Assembly: GCA_040222015.1 (NCBI GenBank)
Contig: JAVJWO010000096.1
Location: forward strand, 1-64,000
Direction: 5' to 3'
DNA: 64,000 nt
Origin: Coleofasciculus chthonoplastes F2-STO-03
GTDB taxonomy: Bacteria > Cyanobacteriota > Cyanobacteriia > Cyanobacteriales > Coleofasciculaceae
Positions 8,611 to 18,392 of this stretch are shown here, in pieces. Each line of letters opens with the position of its first letter. Position 1 is the first letter of the stretch. The translations under genes and the position numbers were made by a program. The notes beneath the pieces are model-generated. The model was given only the letters and a program-made list of their open reading frames with translations. It searched no databases and was not told where the DNA came from.

Positions 8611-10137
8611 ATGAAATTAGCTTACTGGATGTATGCAGGTCCGGCTCACATTGGCACTCTCCGCGTTGCCAGTTCCTTTAAGAATGTCCACGCGATCATG
8701 CATGCACCACTGGGCGATGATTATTTTAACGTGATGCGATCGATGCTGGAACGGGAACGAGACTACACCCCAGTCACCGCCAGCATCGTAGATCGACACG
8801 TTTTAGCACGGGGTTCTCAGGAAAAAGTGGTGGATAATATCATCCGTAAGGATAAGGAAGTCACCCCAGATCTGATTGTATTGACCCCCACCTGTACCTC
8901 CAGCATTCTCCAAGAAGATTTGGCTAACTTCGTGGAACGCGCTGAACTTGAAGCCAATAGCGATGTGATGCTGGCAGATGTGAACCACTACCGGGTTAAT
9001 GAACTGCAAGCTGCCGATCGCACTTTAGAACAAATTGTCCAGTTTTACCTGAAGAAAGCGAACAAGAAAGGGGAATTACCAGAAGGGAAGACGGAAAAAC
9101 CCTCAGTGAACATCATTGGCATTTCCACCCTCGGCTTCCACAACCAGCACGACTGCACCGAATTGAAACGGTTAATGGCTGACTTAGGGATTGAAGTGAA
9201 CGAGGTGATCCCAGAAGGCGCTTCGGTTCACAATCTCAAGAATTTGCCCCGCGCTTGGTTTAATTTAGTGCCTTATCGGGAAATCGGCATGATGGCGGCG
9301 CGTTACCTAGAAGCAGAGTTCGATATGCCTTATGTGGATATCACGCCGATGGGAGTAGTGGAAACAGCGCGGTGTATCCGTAAGATTCAGCAGGTACTCA
9401 ATCAGCAAGGTGCTGATGTCAATTACGAGGAGTTTATTAACAATCAGACGCTGTATGTGTCCCAAGCCGCTTGGTTCTCCCGTTCCATTGACTGTCAGAA
9501 TTTGACTGGGAAGAAAGCCGTTGTCTTTGGTGACAATACCCACGCGGCGGCGATGACCAAGATTTTGGCACGGGAGATGGGGATTCATGTGGTGCTAGCG
9601 GGAACCTACTGCAAGTACGACGCGGACTGGTTTAAGGAACAGGTGAGCGAGTACTGTGACGAGATCCTAATTAGTGAGGATAACGGCGAAATTGGGGATG
9701 CGATCGCGCGGATTGAACCCTCGGCTATTTTTGGCACTCAGATGGAACGCCATGTAGGTAAGCGGTTGGATATCCCCTGTGGTGTGATTGCTGCACCAAT
9801 TCACATCCAAGACTTCCCCATTGGTTATAAACCATTCATGGGTTACGAGGGGACAAATCAAATGGCTGATTTAGTGTACAATTCCTTTACCTTGGGAATG
9901 GAAGATCACCTGTTGGAAATCTTCGGTGGTCATGATACAAAGGAAGTAATTACTAAAGGGATTTCCGCTGGTTCTGATTTGAATTGGAATAAAGAAGCAC
10001 AAGCCGAATTAAATAAAGTGCCAGGGTTTGTGCGCGGTAAAGTGAAGCGGAATACCGAGAAGTTTGCCCGGGAGCGAGGGTTTACAGAAATTTCCCTTGA
10101 GGTGATGTACGCTGCTAAGGAATCTGTCGGCGCTTAG
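8611..10137 (+). CDS. chlB: Light-independent protochlorophyllide reductase subunit B
   Basis: [25 protein letters not shown]-terminal PCP_red domain ([14 protein letters not shown]). Confidence 0.98.
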   Translation: MKLAYWMYAGPAHIGTLRVASSFKNVHAIMHAPLGDDYFNVMRSMLERERDYTPVTASIVDRHVLARGSQEKVVDNIIRKDKEVTPDLIVLTPTCTSSILQEDLANFVERAELEANSDVMLADVNHYRVNELQAADRTLEQIVQFYLKKANKKGELPEGKTEKPSVNIIGISTLGFHNQHDCTELKRLMADLGIEVNEVIPEGASVHNLKNLPRAWFNLVPYREIGMMAARYLEAEFDMPYVDITPMGVVETARCIRKIQQVLNQQGADVNYEEFINNQTLYVSQAAWFSRSIDCQNLTGKKAVVFGDNTHAAAMTKILAREMGIHVVLAGTYCKYDADWFKEQVSEYCDEILISEDNGEIGDAIARIEPSAIFGTQMERHVGKRLDIPCGVIAAPIHIQDFPIGYKPFMGYEGTNQMADLVYNSFTLGMEDHLLEIFGGHDTKEVITKGISAGSDLNWNKEAQAELNKVPGFVRGKVKRNTEKFARERGFTEISLEVMYAAKESVGA

Positions 10138-10227
10138 AAGTACTTCGCGATCGCACGCTGTAGTAGAATGAGGGTGTTTCCTGGCTGGGGACACTCTCAT
10201 TTGTGTACAACTAGGGGTTAGCGGAAA

Positions 10228-10524
10228 ATGACACAGGGTAATTCTGAGCAAGGTAAACTGTATACAAGATTTATTTCCAATCTGAAAAAAATTCAGTATT
10301 TTGGTTATTTCCTTATCGTTGCTTTCTGTCTAATTTTTTTGTTTGGGACTGGATTTTTACAAGTTCGCACGGCTGGAGCAAACATCCTTGCTTTAGTCTT
10401 CCCCTTACTGGTTGTGCTGTTGCAAAGCATAATCGGCTGTTTAACTGTCTACATAATCACCCAAGCTCTAATCGCGATCGTTGACCTTCTCAGTCGCATC
10501 GAACTGAATACGAGGTCTAGATAA
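10228..10524 (+). CDS. Small two-TM hypothetical protein
   Basis: 98 aa with two hydrophobic stretches, ending DLLSRIELNT. Confidence 0.7.
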   Translation: MTQGNSEQGKLYTRFISNLKKIQYFGYFLIVAFCLIFLFGTGFLQVRTAGANILALVFPLLVVLLQSIIGCLTVYIITQALIAIVDLLSRIELNTRSR

Positions 10525-10584
10525 GAAAAAGAATATTTGCCGTTACTTTAACGTAATCGCGGAAGTCCTCCCAGTGGCGATGGT

Positions 10585-10896
10585 CATTCAAACAATTGTA
10601 GGGGCGACCCGCCGTACAAAATCAACATAACCCATCCATCAATTTTATCGGATCGCCCTGCATCGAGTATCAGTAATTATCAGACATGGCGTACATTCAA
10701 ACAATTGTAGGGGCGACCCGCCGTACAAAATTAACATAACCCATCCATCAATTTTATCGGGTCGCCCTGCATCGGGTATCAGTACATTGAGACCAGGGCG
10801 AGTCGAGACTAGTTAATGTTAACACCGCCATATTTGAACAGCGACTCGCCCCTACAATTGTCCCTAAACCCGCCCCTACAATTGTCCCTAAACCGC
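10585..10896. repeat. Cluster of GTAGGGGCG REP-like elements including a 109-bp-period tandem duplication
   Basis: Near-identical units at 10585-10675 and 10694-10784, then a GGGCGAGTCG/CGACTCGCCC hairpin and duplicated CGCCCCTACAATTGTCCCTAAACC. Confidence 0.85.
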
Positions 10897-10926
10897 AACG
10901 AATATGTGATTATTACCTAGCGTTCT

Positions 10927-12966
10927 CTACTGAATTAAAATTACAGCCTCTTGTGCCTTCGCATTGAGCGCTTTCTTCAAGTCTCGCCCCACCTTATTAA
11001 TTAATTCATCAAACGCCTCCTGATTTTCCATTAATTGTTCCCGAAACACCTTCTCTAACTCCGGTTTCATTTGTTCGCACGTTGAGTTAATCTTATTATC
11101 ATTCAACAGAAATTGACGACTCCAACCGGGAATATCTAATTTTGTCTTAATCGCTTCCTGGGTTTTGCTACGGGTAATTTCTACACCAGCCGCCAGTACC
11201 GAAATCCCATAAATGGCTAAAAGGGGCCAAGCCAAATGTCCGGTTAAAATCAAGGCAATAATCCCCCCAACCGTTCCCCCGCCAATCACGATATTGACAA
11301 TTAGTAGCACCGTATCCGCCAAGATAGCATCGCCCACGGATATTTCGGGGTTCACCACATCCGGATCAATCCCTTCCTCAAATCGTAAACTGCTTCGGGG
11401 TATCTGATATTTTTGACAAATCGGGTCAGTTTCTACCGACAATTCGGGTTGAATCTTGCTGTTAAACCAGGTAATTGATTGATTTTTGACAATCTGTCGT
11501 GCGGATTCAGTGCCATTCTTCCCCAGAGAATCATGTTTAATCCACGCCTGCGCCTGCTGCTTCATCCGAGTTTCCAAGTCACCTAATGTCCGGATTTTAT
11601 TCATGCGCCAGTCTTGTAAACTAGGTTTAACCGCGTTGTCAATTAACCCCTGAGATAGCGGTTTAATCAGCAGTTCAATTAACTCAGGAATATGTCGTTC
11701 AATAATCGATTTTAGTTTCTGAGAATCAAACCGTTGATCCACTTCTTTTTTAAACGCTTCCGCCCGTAAATCCCAGCGTCCGACTCGTGCTAATCCTAGG
11801 GCGATACACCGTTCTGGTTCGGGATCAGGACGCACCTGGGTGGCGGGTTCGGGGAAAATTTCTTCACAAATCTGACGGGTAAATTGCATCCGTGATGCTC
11901 CCCCTGTCATTAATATCACTTTTGGGATTATCTTTTGTTTGGCGAGGGTTTCTTTTGCCTCAATGACTGACTCTCGAAAGGATTCAATCCAACTTTTCCC
12001 CTCTAATTCCGTTAACGGTTGGTTTAATATCTCTGTCATGACGGCTTTGTTGACTTGGGGGATAAAATAAATCTGTTCGTTAATCGATTCAAAGCCACGG
12101 GCAAAGGATTGGGGATGGTTGTAGAGTTGTTCGTTAGAAAAATAATCTTCCTTGGCTTTACGGCTAGCCAACAGACAACGGGATTTATGATGGGGATATT
12201 CTTCAAACACCCAGTTTAATAAGGCGGTATCTTCATAGTTCGCCACGGTGCGATCAAAAATTGCTCGGTCAATTAGGAAAGCACCTAGGGTATTACTACC
12301 AAAATCCAGGGGAATTTCATGTAAACTCTTGACTAACGTAAAATCGGTTGTGGACGAGCCAATATCAATAATCAGTACCGCCGATTTGAGCTTATCATAG
12401 TCCAGCTTACCCGCTTCTTTTGCCTGCATAAACGCCGCCCGTGATTCGGGAACCACGCTGAGGCGGGGAATTCCAGCGGCTTTACAGATGGTTTGATAAT
12501 CCTGGCGATCGCGCTTTGACCAGCCGGATGGACAACCGACGAAAAAATGACTCTTTTCTTCCCCTTCCAGTTGTTTGCTTTTTTGCAAAAGACTGTAATA
12601 GGTTTCCAGAAAATAGCGGATGGTTTTGCGGTAATCTAGATCCGCATTGGGTTTTTGTTTAAAGGCAATATCTAGTTGAGTTACACCCACTTGGATTAAA
12701 GCCTGTTCCCCCACCAAATAACCCAGATCCGGATGCCAGCCTAAGGCGGTAATTTGCACTTTCTTATTATTCACCTCCAGCATTTCTGGTGGATCAATGC
12801 TCTCCACTAGCGCCTTAGCCACGGCTGTTTCACCGTGTCCTAAATCAAATCCAATGGTTTCTAAAACGTGCATATTATCGGGAATAATAGGAGATAATGG
12901 GGACGTGTTTAGGGGTGAAATACTCTCGCTGTGTTCAGAGTTGGTCAAGGAAACTACATCATTCAT
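10927..12966 (-). CDS. Atypical Hsp70/actin-like ATPase with a C-terminal hydrophobic hairpin
   Basis: GFDLGHGET, VGCPSGW, ESRAA, IIDIGSSTTD, LMTGGASRM. No DnaK substrate-binding domain is evident. Gly-rich hydrophobic segment near the C-terminus. Confidence 0.8.
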   Translation of the reverse strand: MNDVVSLTNSEHSESISPLNTSPLSPIIPDNMHVLETIGFDLGHGETAVAKALVESIDPPEMLEVNNKKVQITALGWHPDLGYLVGEQALIQVGVTQLDIAFKQKPNADLDYRKTIRYFLETYYSLLQKSKQLEGEEKSHFFVGCPSGWSKRDRQDYQTICKAAGIPRLSVVPESRAAFMQAKEAGKLDYDKLKSAVLIIDIGSSTTDFTLVKSLHEIPLDFGSNTLGAFLIDRAIFDRTVANYEDTALLNWVFEEYPHHKSRCLLASRKAKEDYFSNEQLYNHPQSFARGFESINEQIYFIPQVNKAVMTEILNQPLTELEGKSWIESFRESVIEAKETLAKQKIIPKVILMTGGASRMQFTRQICEEIFPEPATQVRPDPEPERCIALGLARVGRWDLRAEAFKKEVDQRFDSQKLKSIIERHIPELIELLIKPLSQGLIDNAVKPSLQDWRMNKIRTLGDLETRMKQQAQAWIKHDSLGKNGTESARQIVKNQSITWFNSKIQPELSVETDPICQKYQIPRSSLRFEEGIDPDVVNPEISVGDAILADTVLLIVNIVIGGGTVGGIIALILTGHLAWPLLAIYGISVLAAGVEITRSKTQEAIKTKLDIPGWSRQFLLNDNKINSTCEQMKPELEKVFREQLMENQEAFDELINKVGRDLKKALNAKAQEAVILIQ

Positions 12967-12979
12967 AATTGATTATTTA

Positions 12980-13879
12980 TTAACGTCTCGGTTCAATTAC
13001 CCGTCCCCGCCGCAATAAGCGATCGCCTTTCACTAAAGCGGGCGCGATTGTAATATACTCTTTAGCCTTGGGGTTGATACTTGGCTCAAAGTCAAAATAC
13101 TCCCGATGACTCTTGACATCATCCGGTTGATAGAGTTTGGCTTCAATACCCTGCTCAATCAAAATTTGGGGTATAAGTTTAGTCAGTTCTAGCGCCATCT
13201 GAGGCTTTTCTAGAAAAGATGCGCCTATCAACCGTTGTAGCAGATTTAATAGTTCGGGTTGTTCCTCAATTGCATTCGCATCGACGGTTTTCTTCCCATC
13301 TTGGGCTTGAGCAACGGCTAAATCAATGGTGTTGAGAGCTTCTGCTATGTTGTCTAACAAGACTTGACTATCGATTCGCAGGGTAAGCTGAGAGGCGATT
13401 GATTCCGGCGTTTCTGTAGGGTTTTCTGGAGGACTTTTATCGAGTTGGGAGACAACCTCAAGCCCAACCAACAAAGCCATCAGCAAAATATCTAACCACG
13501 CCCCAGGCGCATCGGAACTCAAGTTGAACAGTGAATCCAAGATACCGATACAGAGAAGTCCCTGGAGAACTTTAAGAATCAGGCGTTTGGGAGACAATTG
13601 TCGCCCTAGTTTAGCCTCAGACTCCGGTTCAGGGGTGGTAAACTGCATCGGGTGGGTAGGATTCGCTGCGGCTAGCGTCGCCACAGACTGGCGCAGTGCA
13701 TCCAGGAAAAAAGCCGCCAGACGCACTTGAGAGACACTCAGTCCCCCAATATAACTACTTTCCAGAGTATTGAGTTGGTTTTGCACCAGCATCACCACCT
13801 GTTCTGGATTCGTCGTTTTATCGATCGCGCCTTGCAGTTCCTGTCGTTGTTTGCTAAAAAGCGTTAGTAATGTGGTCAT
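12980..13879 (-). CDS. Membrane protein with a possible GrpE-like C-terminus
   Basis: Two hydrophobic helices. Ends TIAPALVKGDRLLRRGRV, resembling the GrpE beta-domain end. 13 bp from the Hsp70-like gene. Confidence 0.6.
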   Translation of the reverse strand: MTTLLTLFSKQRQELQGAIDKTTNPEQVVMLVQNQLNTLESSYIGGLSVSQVRLAAFFLDALRQSVATLAAANPTHPMQFTTPEPESEAKLGRQLSPKRLILKVLQGLLCIGILDSLFNLSSDAPGAWLDILLMALLVGLEVVSQLDKSPPENPTETPESIASQLTLRIDSQVLLDNIAEALNTIDLAVAQAQDGKKTVDANAIEEQPELLNLLQRLIGASFLEKPQMALELTKLIPQILIEQGIEAKLYQPDDVKSHREYFDFEPSINPKAKEYITIAPALVKGDRLLRRGRVIEPRR

Positions 13880-14016
13880 CGCCTATATTGAGACTGTCGC
13901 ACTGCTCCTAAGAGATACCCTATAGCAGTTCTTAGTTGTGTGGAATACACTCCTAAGCTTATCGTTGATGGTTCATCCTCGGTCAACCTCTGGCTTTGAA
14001 GTCATTCCAACAACAG

Positions 14017-14046
14017 TGTAGAGACGTTGCATGCAACGTCTCTACA
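14017..14046. repeat. GTAGAGACG-type REP palindrome (related copies at 15093-15118, 51315-51338, 56747-56770)
   Basis: Perfect palindrome TGTAGAGACGTTGCATGCAACGTCTCTACA. Confidence 0.85.
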
Positions 14047-14081
14047 TAGAACCAAAGGTAATCAAAAAGGAATGTAATTGA

Positions 14082-14858
14082 CTAACCTCGCCGTGACTGT
14101 TGTTTCTTAAACAACGCCCCAAATCCCAAAGCCAAACCTGAGCCCAGAATCGTCAGGGGTTCCGGTACCGCATCATAAGCGTGGTTGTCGCTTTCAAAGG
14201 CGAGGGTTTCATCCTCACCCAGTTGAGTCAGCACGACTTTATCAAACCATTGCTCTGATCCCTCAGCCGAGAAATTCATATAGGGATTGTTAGACTCTTC
14301 CGTTTGATTATCCCCCCCAACGCCAGGACCCACTCCCAAACTGACAAAATTATCGGGTGTAAACCGAGCTAAACGGGTATTACCTCGGAAAAATTCAATT
14401 TGATTACTCGAATCCATAGAACCCCAGTGCATTCCCCAATAGTTGGATGGTTTGGGTAACTGAATCGAGACTTGGTTAATGTCTCCATCATCCTGAGAAT
14501 TGGTCGGTAGTGACAAGTAAGCTGACGTGTTATTTTGAGTCACACTGGAAAAAGGAACTGCTCCTTTGGTTGGTACGAGTGCGCCACCGTTGTTAATCAC
14601 TAATGCGTCGTCTGGAGAGTAGGTTGCTCCTTTTTGATTAACTGCACCAACCTTGGTTAAGTCAAGGTCAGGCGCATCATTGAAATCAATCACCACAGCA
14701 CCGGATCTACTGGTAGTCAGTCCCTCACTTCCGGCTGAGCTACCTTTGAGTTCACCGCCCGTGGTAATCGTAAACCCACTGAGGGAAATAACCCCGATCA
14801 TAGCCGTTGCTGTAGCTGCTACGGTAGTGATGATTGATGCATCCTTATTCATTGTCAT
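14082..14858 (-). CDS. PEP-CTERM (exosortase-sorted) surface protein
   Basis: C-terminal VPEPLTILGSGLALGFGALFKKQQSRR. YWGMHWGSMD and FESDNHA motifs shared with the neighbouring gene. Confidence 0.9.
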   Translation of the reverse strand: MTMNKDASIITTVAATATAMIGVISLSGFTITTGGELKGSSAGSEGLTTSRSGAVVIDFNDAPDLDLTKVGAVNQKGATYSPDDALVINNGGALVPTKGAVPFSSVTQNNTSAYLSLPTNSQDDGDINQVSIQLPKPSNYWGMHWGSMDSSNQIEFFRGNTRLARFTPDNFVSLGVGPGVGGDNQTEESNNPYMNFSAEGSEQWFDKVVLTQLGEDETLAFESDNHAYDAVPEPLTILGSGLALGFGALFKKQQSRRG

Positions 14859-15155
14859 CGGTTTATCAAGCTCATCTAATCTTTAATAAAGAGAACTTTA
14901 TATGTTTCTCTAGGTAGATGTTAATTTAATATAGCTGGATTTTAGGTGAAGCTTCAGTGAAGATAGCAGAATTAATAGCAGTGTTTATATAAAGATTTAG
15001 TAAAAGGAGAATTACTATTGGTTTGGCGAAGTCGGGGGTCTGAAGAAAACTCTGATGTTTATCAATCCGTTTCAGGACTCCGCGCAAAATTATAGAGACG
15101 TGCCATGGCACGTCTCTACACAGAAGTAAAGGTTATGAGATCAGGAGTGAATTAA

Positions 15156-15977
15156 CTAACGTCGCCGTGACTGTTGTTTTTTGAAGATAGCGCCAAATCC
15201 TAAAGCCAAGCCGGAACCTAGAATCGTTAGGGGTTCGGGAACTGGACGATAAGCGTGGTTGTCGCTTTCAAAGGCAATATTATTATTGTTACCCAGTTGA
15301 GTCAGTCTTACTCCGTTAAACCATTCTCCTGAGTTATCAGAAAAGAAATTAACGTAGGGATTCGCTCTTGCAAGTCCTTGGTTATCAGGACCGCCTCCGG
15401 CTTCTACATCTAGACCCAAAGCTGTTAAATCATCTGGGGTAAAAGTTGCTAAGACTGTACCATCTCGCAAAAATTCAATTTGGTTAGCTGGGCTATTGGC
15501 ACTTGCATCGTCCATTGAACCCCAGTGCAAACCCCAGTAGTTGGCTAGCTTAGGTAACGTAATGGTAACTTGGCTTACACCATTGTTATTATTTGTAGGA
15601 AGTGAAAGATAGGCTGAAGTGTTGTTAGTACTACCGCTAGGAGAACCAGAATAGGGAATAGCACCTGTTTGGTTAACAAAAGCGCCTCCGTTATTGATGA
15701 CTAAGGCATTTCCCGGAGAGTAAGTAGCGCCCTTTTGATCTATTTGATCAACTGTCGTAAACGGAGAGTCAACAGCTTCGTTGAAAGTGATGACTCTTGC
15801 GTTAGATACATTAGTGGTTAGTCCTTCAATTCCAGCAGGACTACCTTTAGCTATACCGCCCGTTGTAATCGTAAAAGCACTAGCGGGATTAACACTTAAT
15901 GTAGTAGCAGCTATTGCTCCTACTGTAGCAGCTATCGATAATTGTTGAGTAGACTTTATAAATCTTTGACTCATCAT
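15156..15977 (-). CDS. PEP-CTERM surface protein, paralog of 14082-14858
   Basis: Signal peptide ending PASA-F, YWGLHWGSMD, FESDNHA, and a VPEPLTILG tail. Confidence 0.9.
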   Translation of the reverse strand: MMSQRFIKSTQQLSIAATVGAIAATTLSVNPASAFTITTGGIAKGSPAGIEGLTTNVSNARVITFNEAVDSPFTTVDQIDQKGATYSPGNALVINNGGAFVNQTGAIPYSGSPSGSTNNTSAYLSLPTNNNNGVSQVTITLPKLANYWGLHWGSMDDASANSPANQIEFLRDGTVLATFTPDDLTALGLDVEAGGGPDNQGLARANPYVNFFSDNSGEWFNGVRLTQLGNNNNIAFESDNHAYRPVPEPLTILGSGLALGFGAIFKKQQSRRR

Positions 15978-16323
15978 AAATTTATCTTGAAGTAGATGTA
16001 AATTTGTCTCTCTATATAGATATTAGTATGATAAAGCTTTAAGTCTATGAAGTTGTGGTAAAGATGTAGCCCCAAAACTCAGTATTTATATAAAGTTTTT
16101 ATGAAGAATCGACAAATGTTCTCAAAACTTCACCACGAACCCCCACCCCGAAAACGGCTCAAAACCAGGAAAATCAAGCGTTGCAGAGAATTAAACGTCA
16201 GATCAAGTCACCCTTTCCTCAGTGATGGGCGTAGGTAATTACTGAGGGGTTGGGCAACTGGGGCGATTAGCACAAGCAAAATCCCCGATTTTCCTGAGAA
16301 TTCGGGGATCTTGTTCGTTTAAC

Positions 16324-16713
16324 TTAAGAAACAACCACCGAATCACGACGCTTATCGGAATGGCGGATACGGCTCATCACCCAGAACCACCCCCCTCGCA
16401 GTAAACCCGCCATCGTTTGGGGGGAAAGACTTGCCCAACTATTAATCCCCACACAGATACAAGCTAAACCTAATAAGATAAACGTGGGTGCCATCACCAC
16501 CCCAATCATCAACCATGTCCAAACATGGAGAACCATCACCCCAGCCGGAATATAAGCAAGTACAGTAGCTAACCGCACCTGACGTTGAGGGCGCTGGAGT
16601 CCCGTCAAAATCATCGTCTGTAACGTAAGTAGTAAGTTAAGGGGAACTAATCCCCCACAAATCGCCACACAATGGGCGCGGGAGAACTCAAGTAGGGACG
16701 TAGGATCAAACAT
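16324..16713 (-). CDS. Hypothetical membrane protein
   Basis: 129 aa with about three hydrophobic segments. Confidence 0.75.
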   Translation of the reverse strand: MFDPTSLLEFSRAHCVAICGGLVPLNLLLTLQTMILTGLQRPQRQVRLATVLAYIPAGVMVLHVWTWLMIGVVMAPTFILLGLACICVGINSWASLSPQTMAGLLRGGWFWVMSRIRHSDKRRDSVVVS

Positions 16714-16889
16714 GGAAATATTGCAATAGGTACTTTTGCTAGTCTAGCCTGCTAGCCCTGAAGATACCTGTCCACAAAGGCGGACTTATGTCTCCCAATT
16801 ACAAAGCTTTTACAATCCAATAGCTAAAAAAATGGAATAAACCAAAGTACAGTTGTACAATATGACGGTTGTATTGGGCAATACAGGCA

Positions 16890-18185
16890 TTGATCGAGCG
16901 CTATACCTTGCCTGAAATGGGCGAACTCTGGACGGATACCTATAAATTCAAAACCTGGCTACAGGTGGAAATTGCGGTTTGTGAAGCAAAAGCGGAATTG
17001 GGTGAGATTCCGGCGGATGCGGTTGCGGAAATTAAGGCGAAGGCAAATTTTGATGTCGATCGCATCTTGGAAATTGAGGCTCAAGTCCGTCATGATATGA
17101 TCGCATTCCTGACGAATGTGAATGAGTATGTGGGGGATGTGGGGCGCTACATCCACTTGGGATTAACCAGTTCTGATGTTTTAGATACGGCGTTGGCATT
17201 ACAACTGGTTGCCAGTCTGAATCTGATTGTGGAATCCTTAGAGCAACTGATTCAAGCGATTCGCTATCAGGCGCAACAACATCGCTACACGGTGATGATT
17301 GGGCGATCGCACGGGATTCATGCGGAACCAATTACCTTTGGCTTTAAGCTGGCTGGGTGGTTGGCGGAAATCCTGCGACACCGCGATCGCTTGGTGAATT
17401 TGCGTCAACATATTGCTGTGGGGAAGATTTCCGGTGCAGTGGGAACCTACGCCAATACTGACCCCCGTGTGGAAGCGATCGCGACTCAGAAGCTGGGACT
17501 TGATCCCGATATGGCATCAACTCAGGTGATTTCCCGCGATCGTCATGGTGAATTTGTCCAGCAGTTGGCACTGTTAGGGGCGTCTCTGGAACGCTTTGCG
17601 GTGGAAATTCGCAACTTACAACGCACCGATGTCTTGGAAGTTGAGGAATTCTTCGCCAAAGGACAAAAAGGTTCTTCTGCCATGCCCCATAAGCGTAACC
17701 CGATTCGGTCTGAACGCCTAAGTGGAATGGCGCGGATTCTCCGGGGTCATGCTGTCGCCGCATTGGAGAACATCGCACTATGGCACGAACGCGATATTTC
17801 TCACTCCTCTGTGGAACGGGTTATCTTGCCAGACACTTGCATTTTGACCCATTTTATGCTTCATGAAATGACTCATTTAGTCAAACACCTATTGGTGTAC
17901 CCAGAAAACATGAAGCGGAATCTCAATCGCTATGGAGGGGTCATCTTTAGTCAACGAGTCATGTTAACTCTCGTAGAAAAGGGAACCAGTCGAGAAGACG
18001 CCTACAGTATTGTCCAGTCTTGCGCTCATCAGGCATGGAATCAACCTGGGGGAAATTTTCGGGAACTCATCGCCCAAGATGATCGGGTTCAGAGTCAGCT
18101 AACACCCGATGAAATTGAGGACTGTTTTAATCCCCAACATCATTTTCGCCATCTCGACGAGATTTATCAACGTTTAGGCATTTAA
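16890..18185 (+). CDS. purB: Adenylosuccinate lyase (probable TTG start at 16890)
   Basis: IERY start, GRSHGIHAEP, SSAMPHKRNP signature. Confidence 0.97.
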   Translation: MIERYTLPEMGELWTDTYKFKTWLQVEIAVCEAKAELGEIPADAVAEIKAKANFDVDRILEIEAQVRHDMIAFLTNVNEYVGDVGRYIHLGLTSSDVLDTALALQLVASLNLIVESLEQLIQAIRYQAQQHRYTVMIGRSHGIHAEPITFGFKLAGWLAEILRHRDRLVNLRQHIAVGKISGAVGTYANTDPRVEAIATQKLGLDPDMASTQVISRDRHGEFVQQLALLGASLERFAVEIRNLQRTDVLEVEEFFAKGQKGSSAMPHKRNPIRSERLSGMARILRGHAVAALENIALWHERDISHSSVERVILPDTCILTHFMLHEMTHLVKHLLVYPENMKRNLNRYGGVIFSQRVMLTLVEKGTSREDAYSIVQSCAHQAWNQPGGNFRELIAQDDRVQSQLTPDEIEDCFNPQHHFRHLDEIYQRLGI

Positions 18186-18392
18186 GAAAGGTGATGGAGT
18201 ATGGTAGTTCAGGAAACCTTAAAAAGTTGGCAAGAACTCTTAGAAATTGCCCAACCAAAAACATCGGTAAAATGGGAGTGTTAAGTATTGCGTAAGGGCG
18301 GGTTTAGGGTATTTGTTTCTTTGTGGATGATAACATTTGTTCAAAACCCGCCCTATTGTACTGTTCCCTATTCCCCGTTTCCTGTTCCCTGT

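Noticed and set aside
16798..16817. HLR1 (RpaB) site upstream of purB
   Set aside because: The TTACA repeats are 11 bp apart rather than 10, and the first half-site is imperfect.
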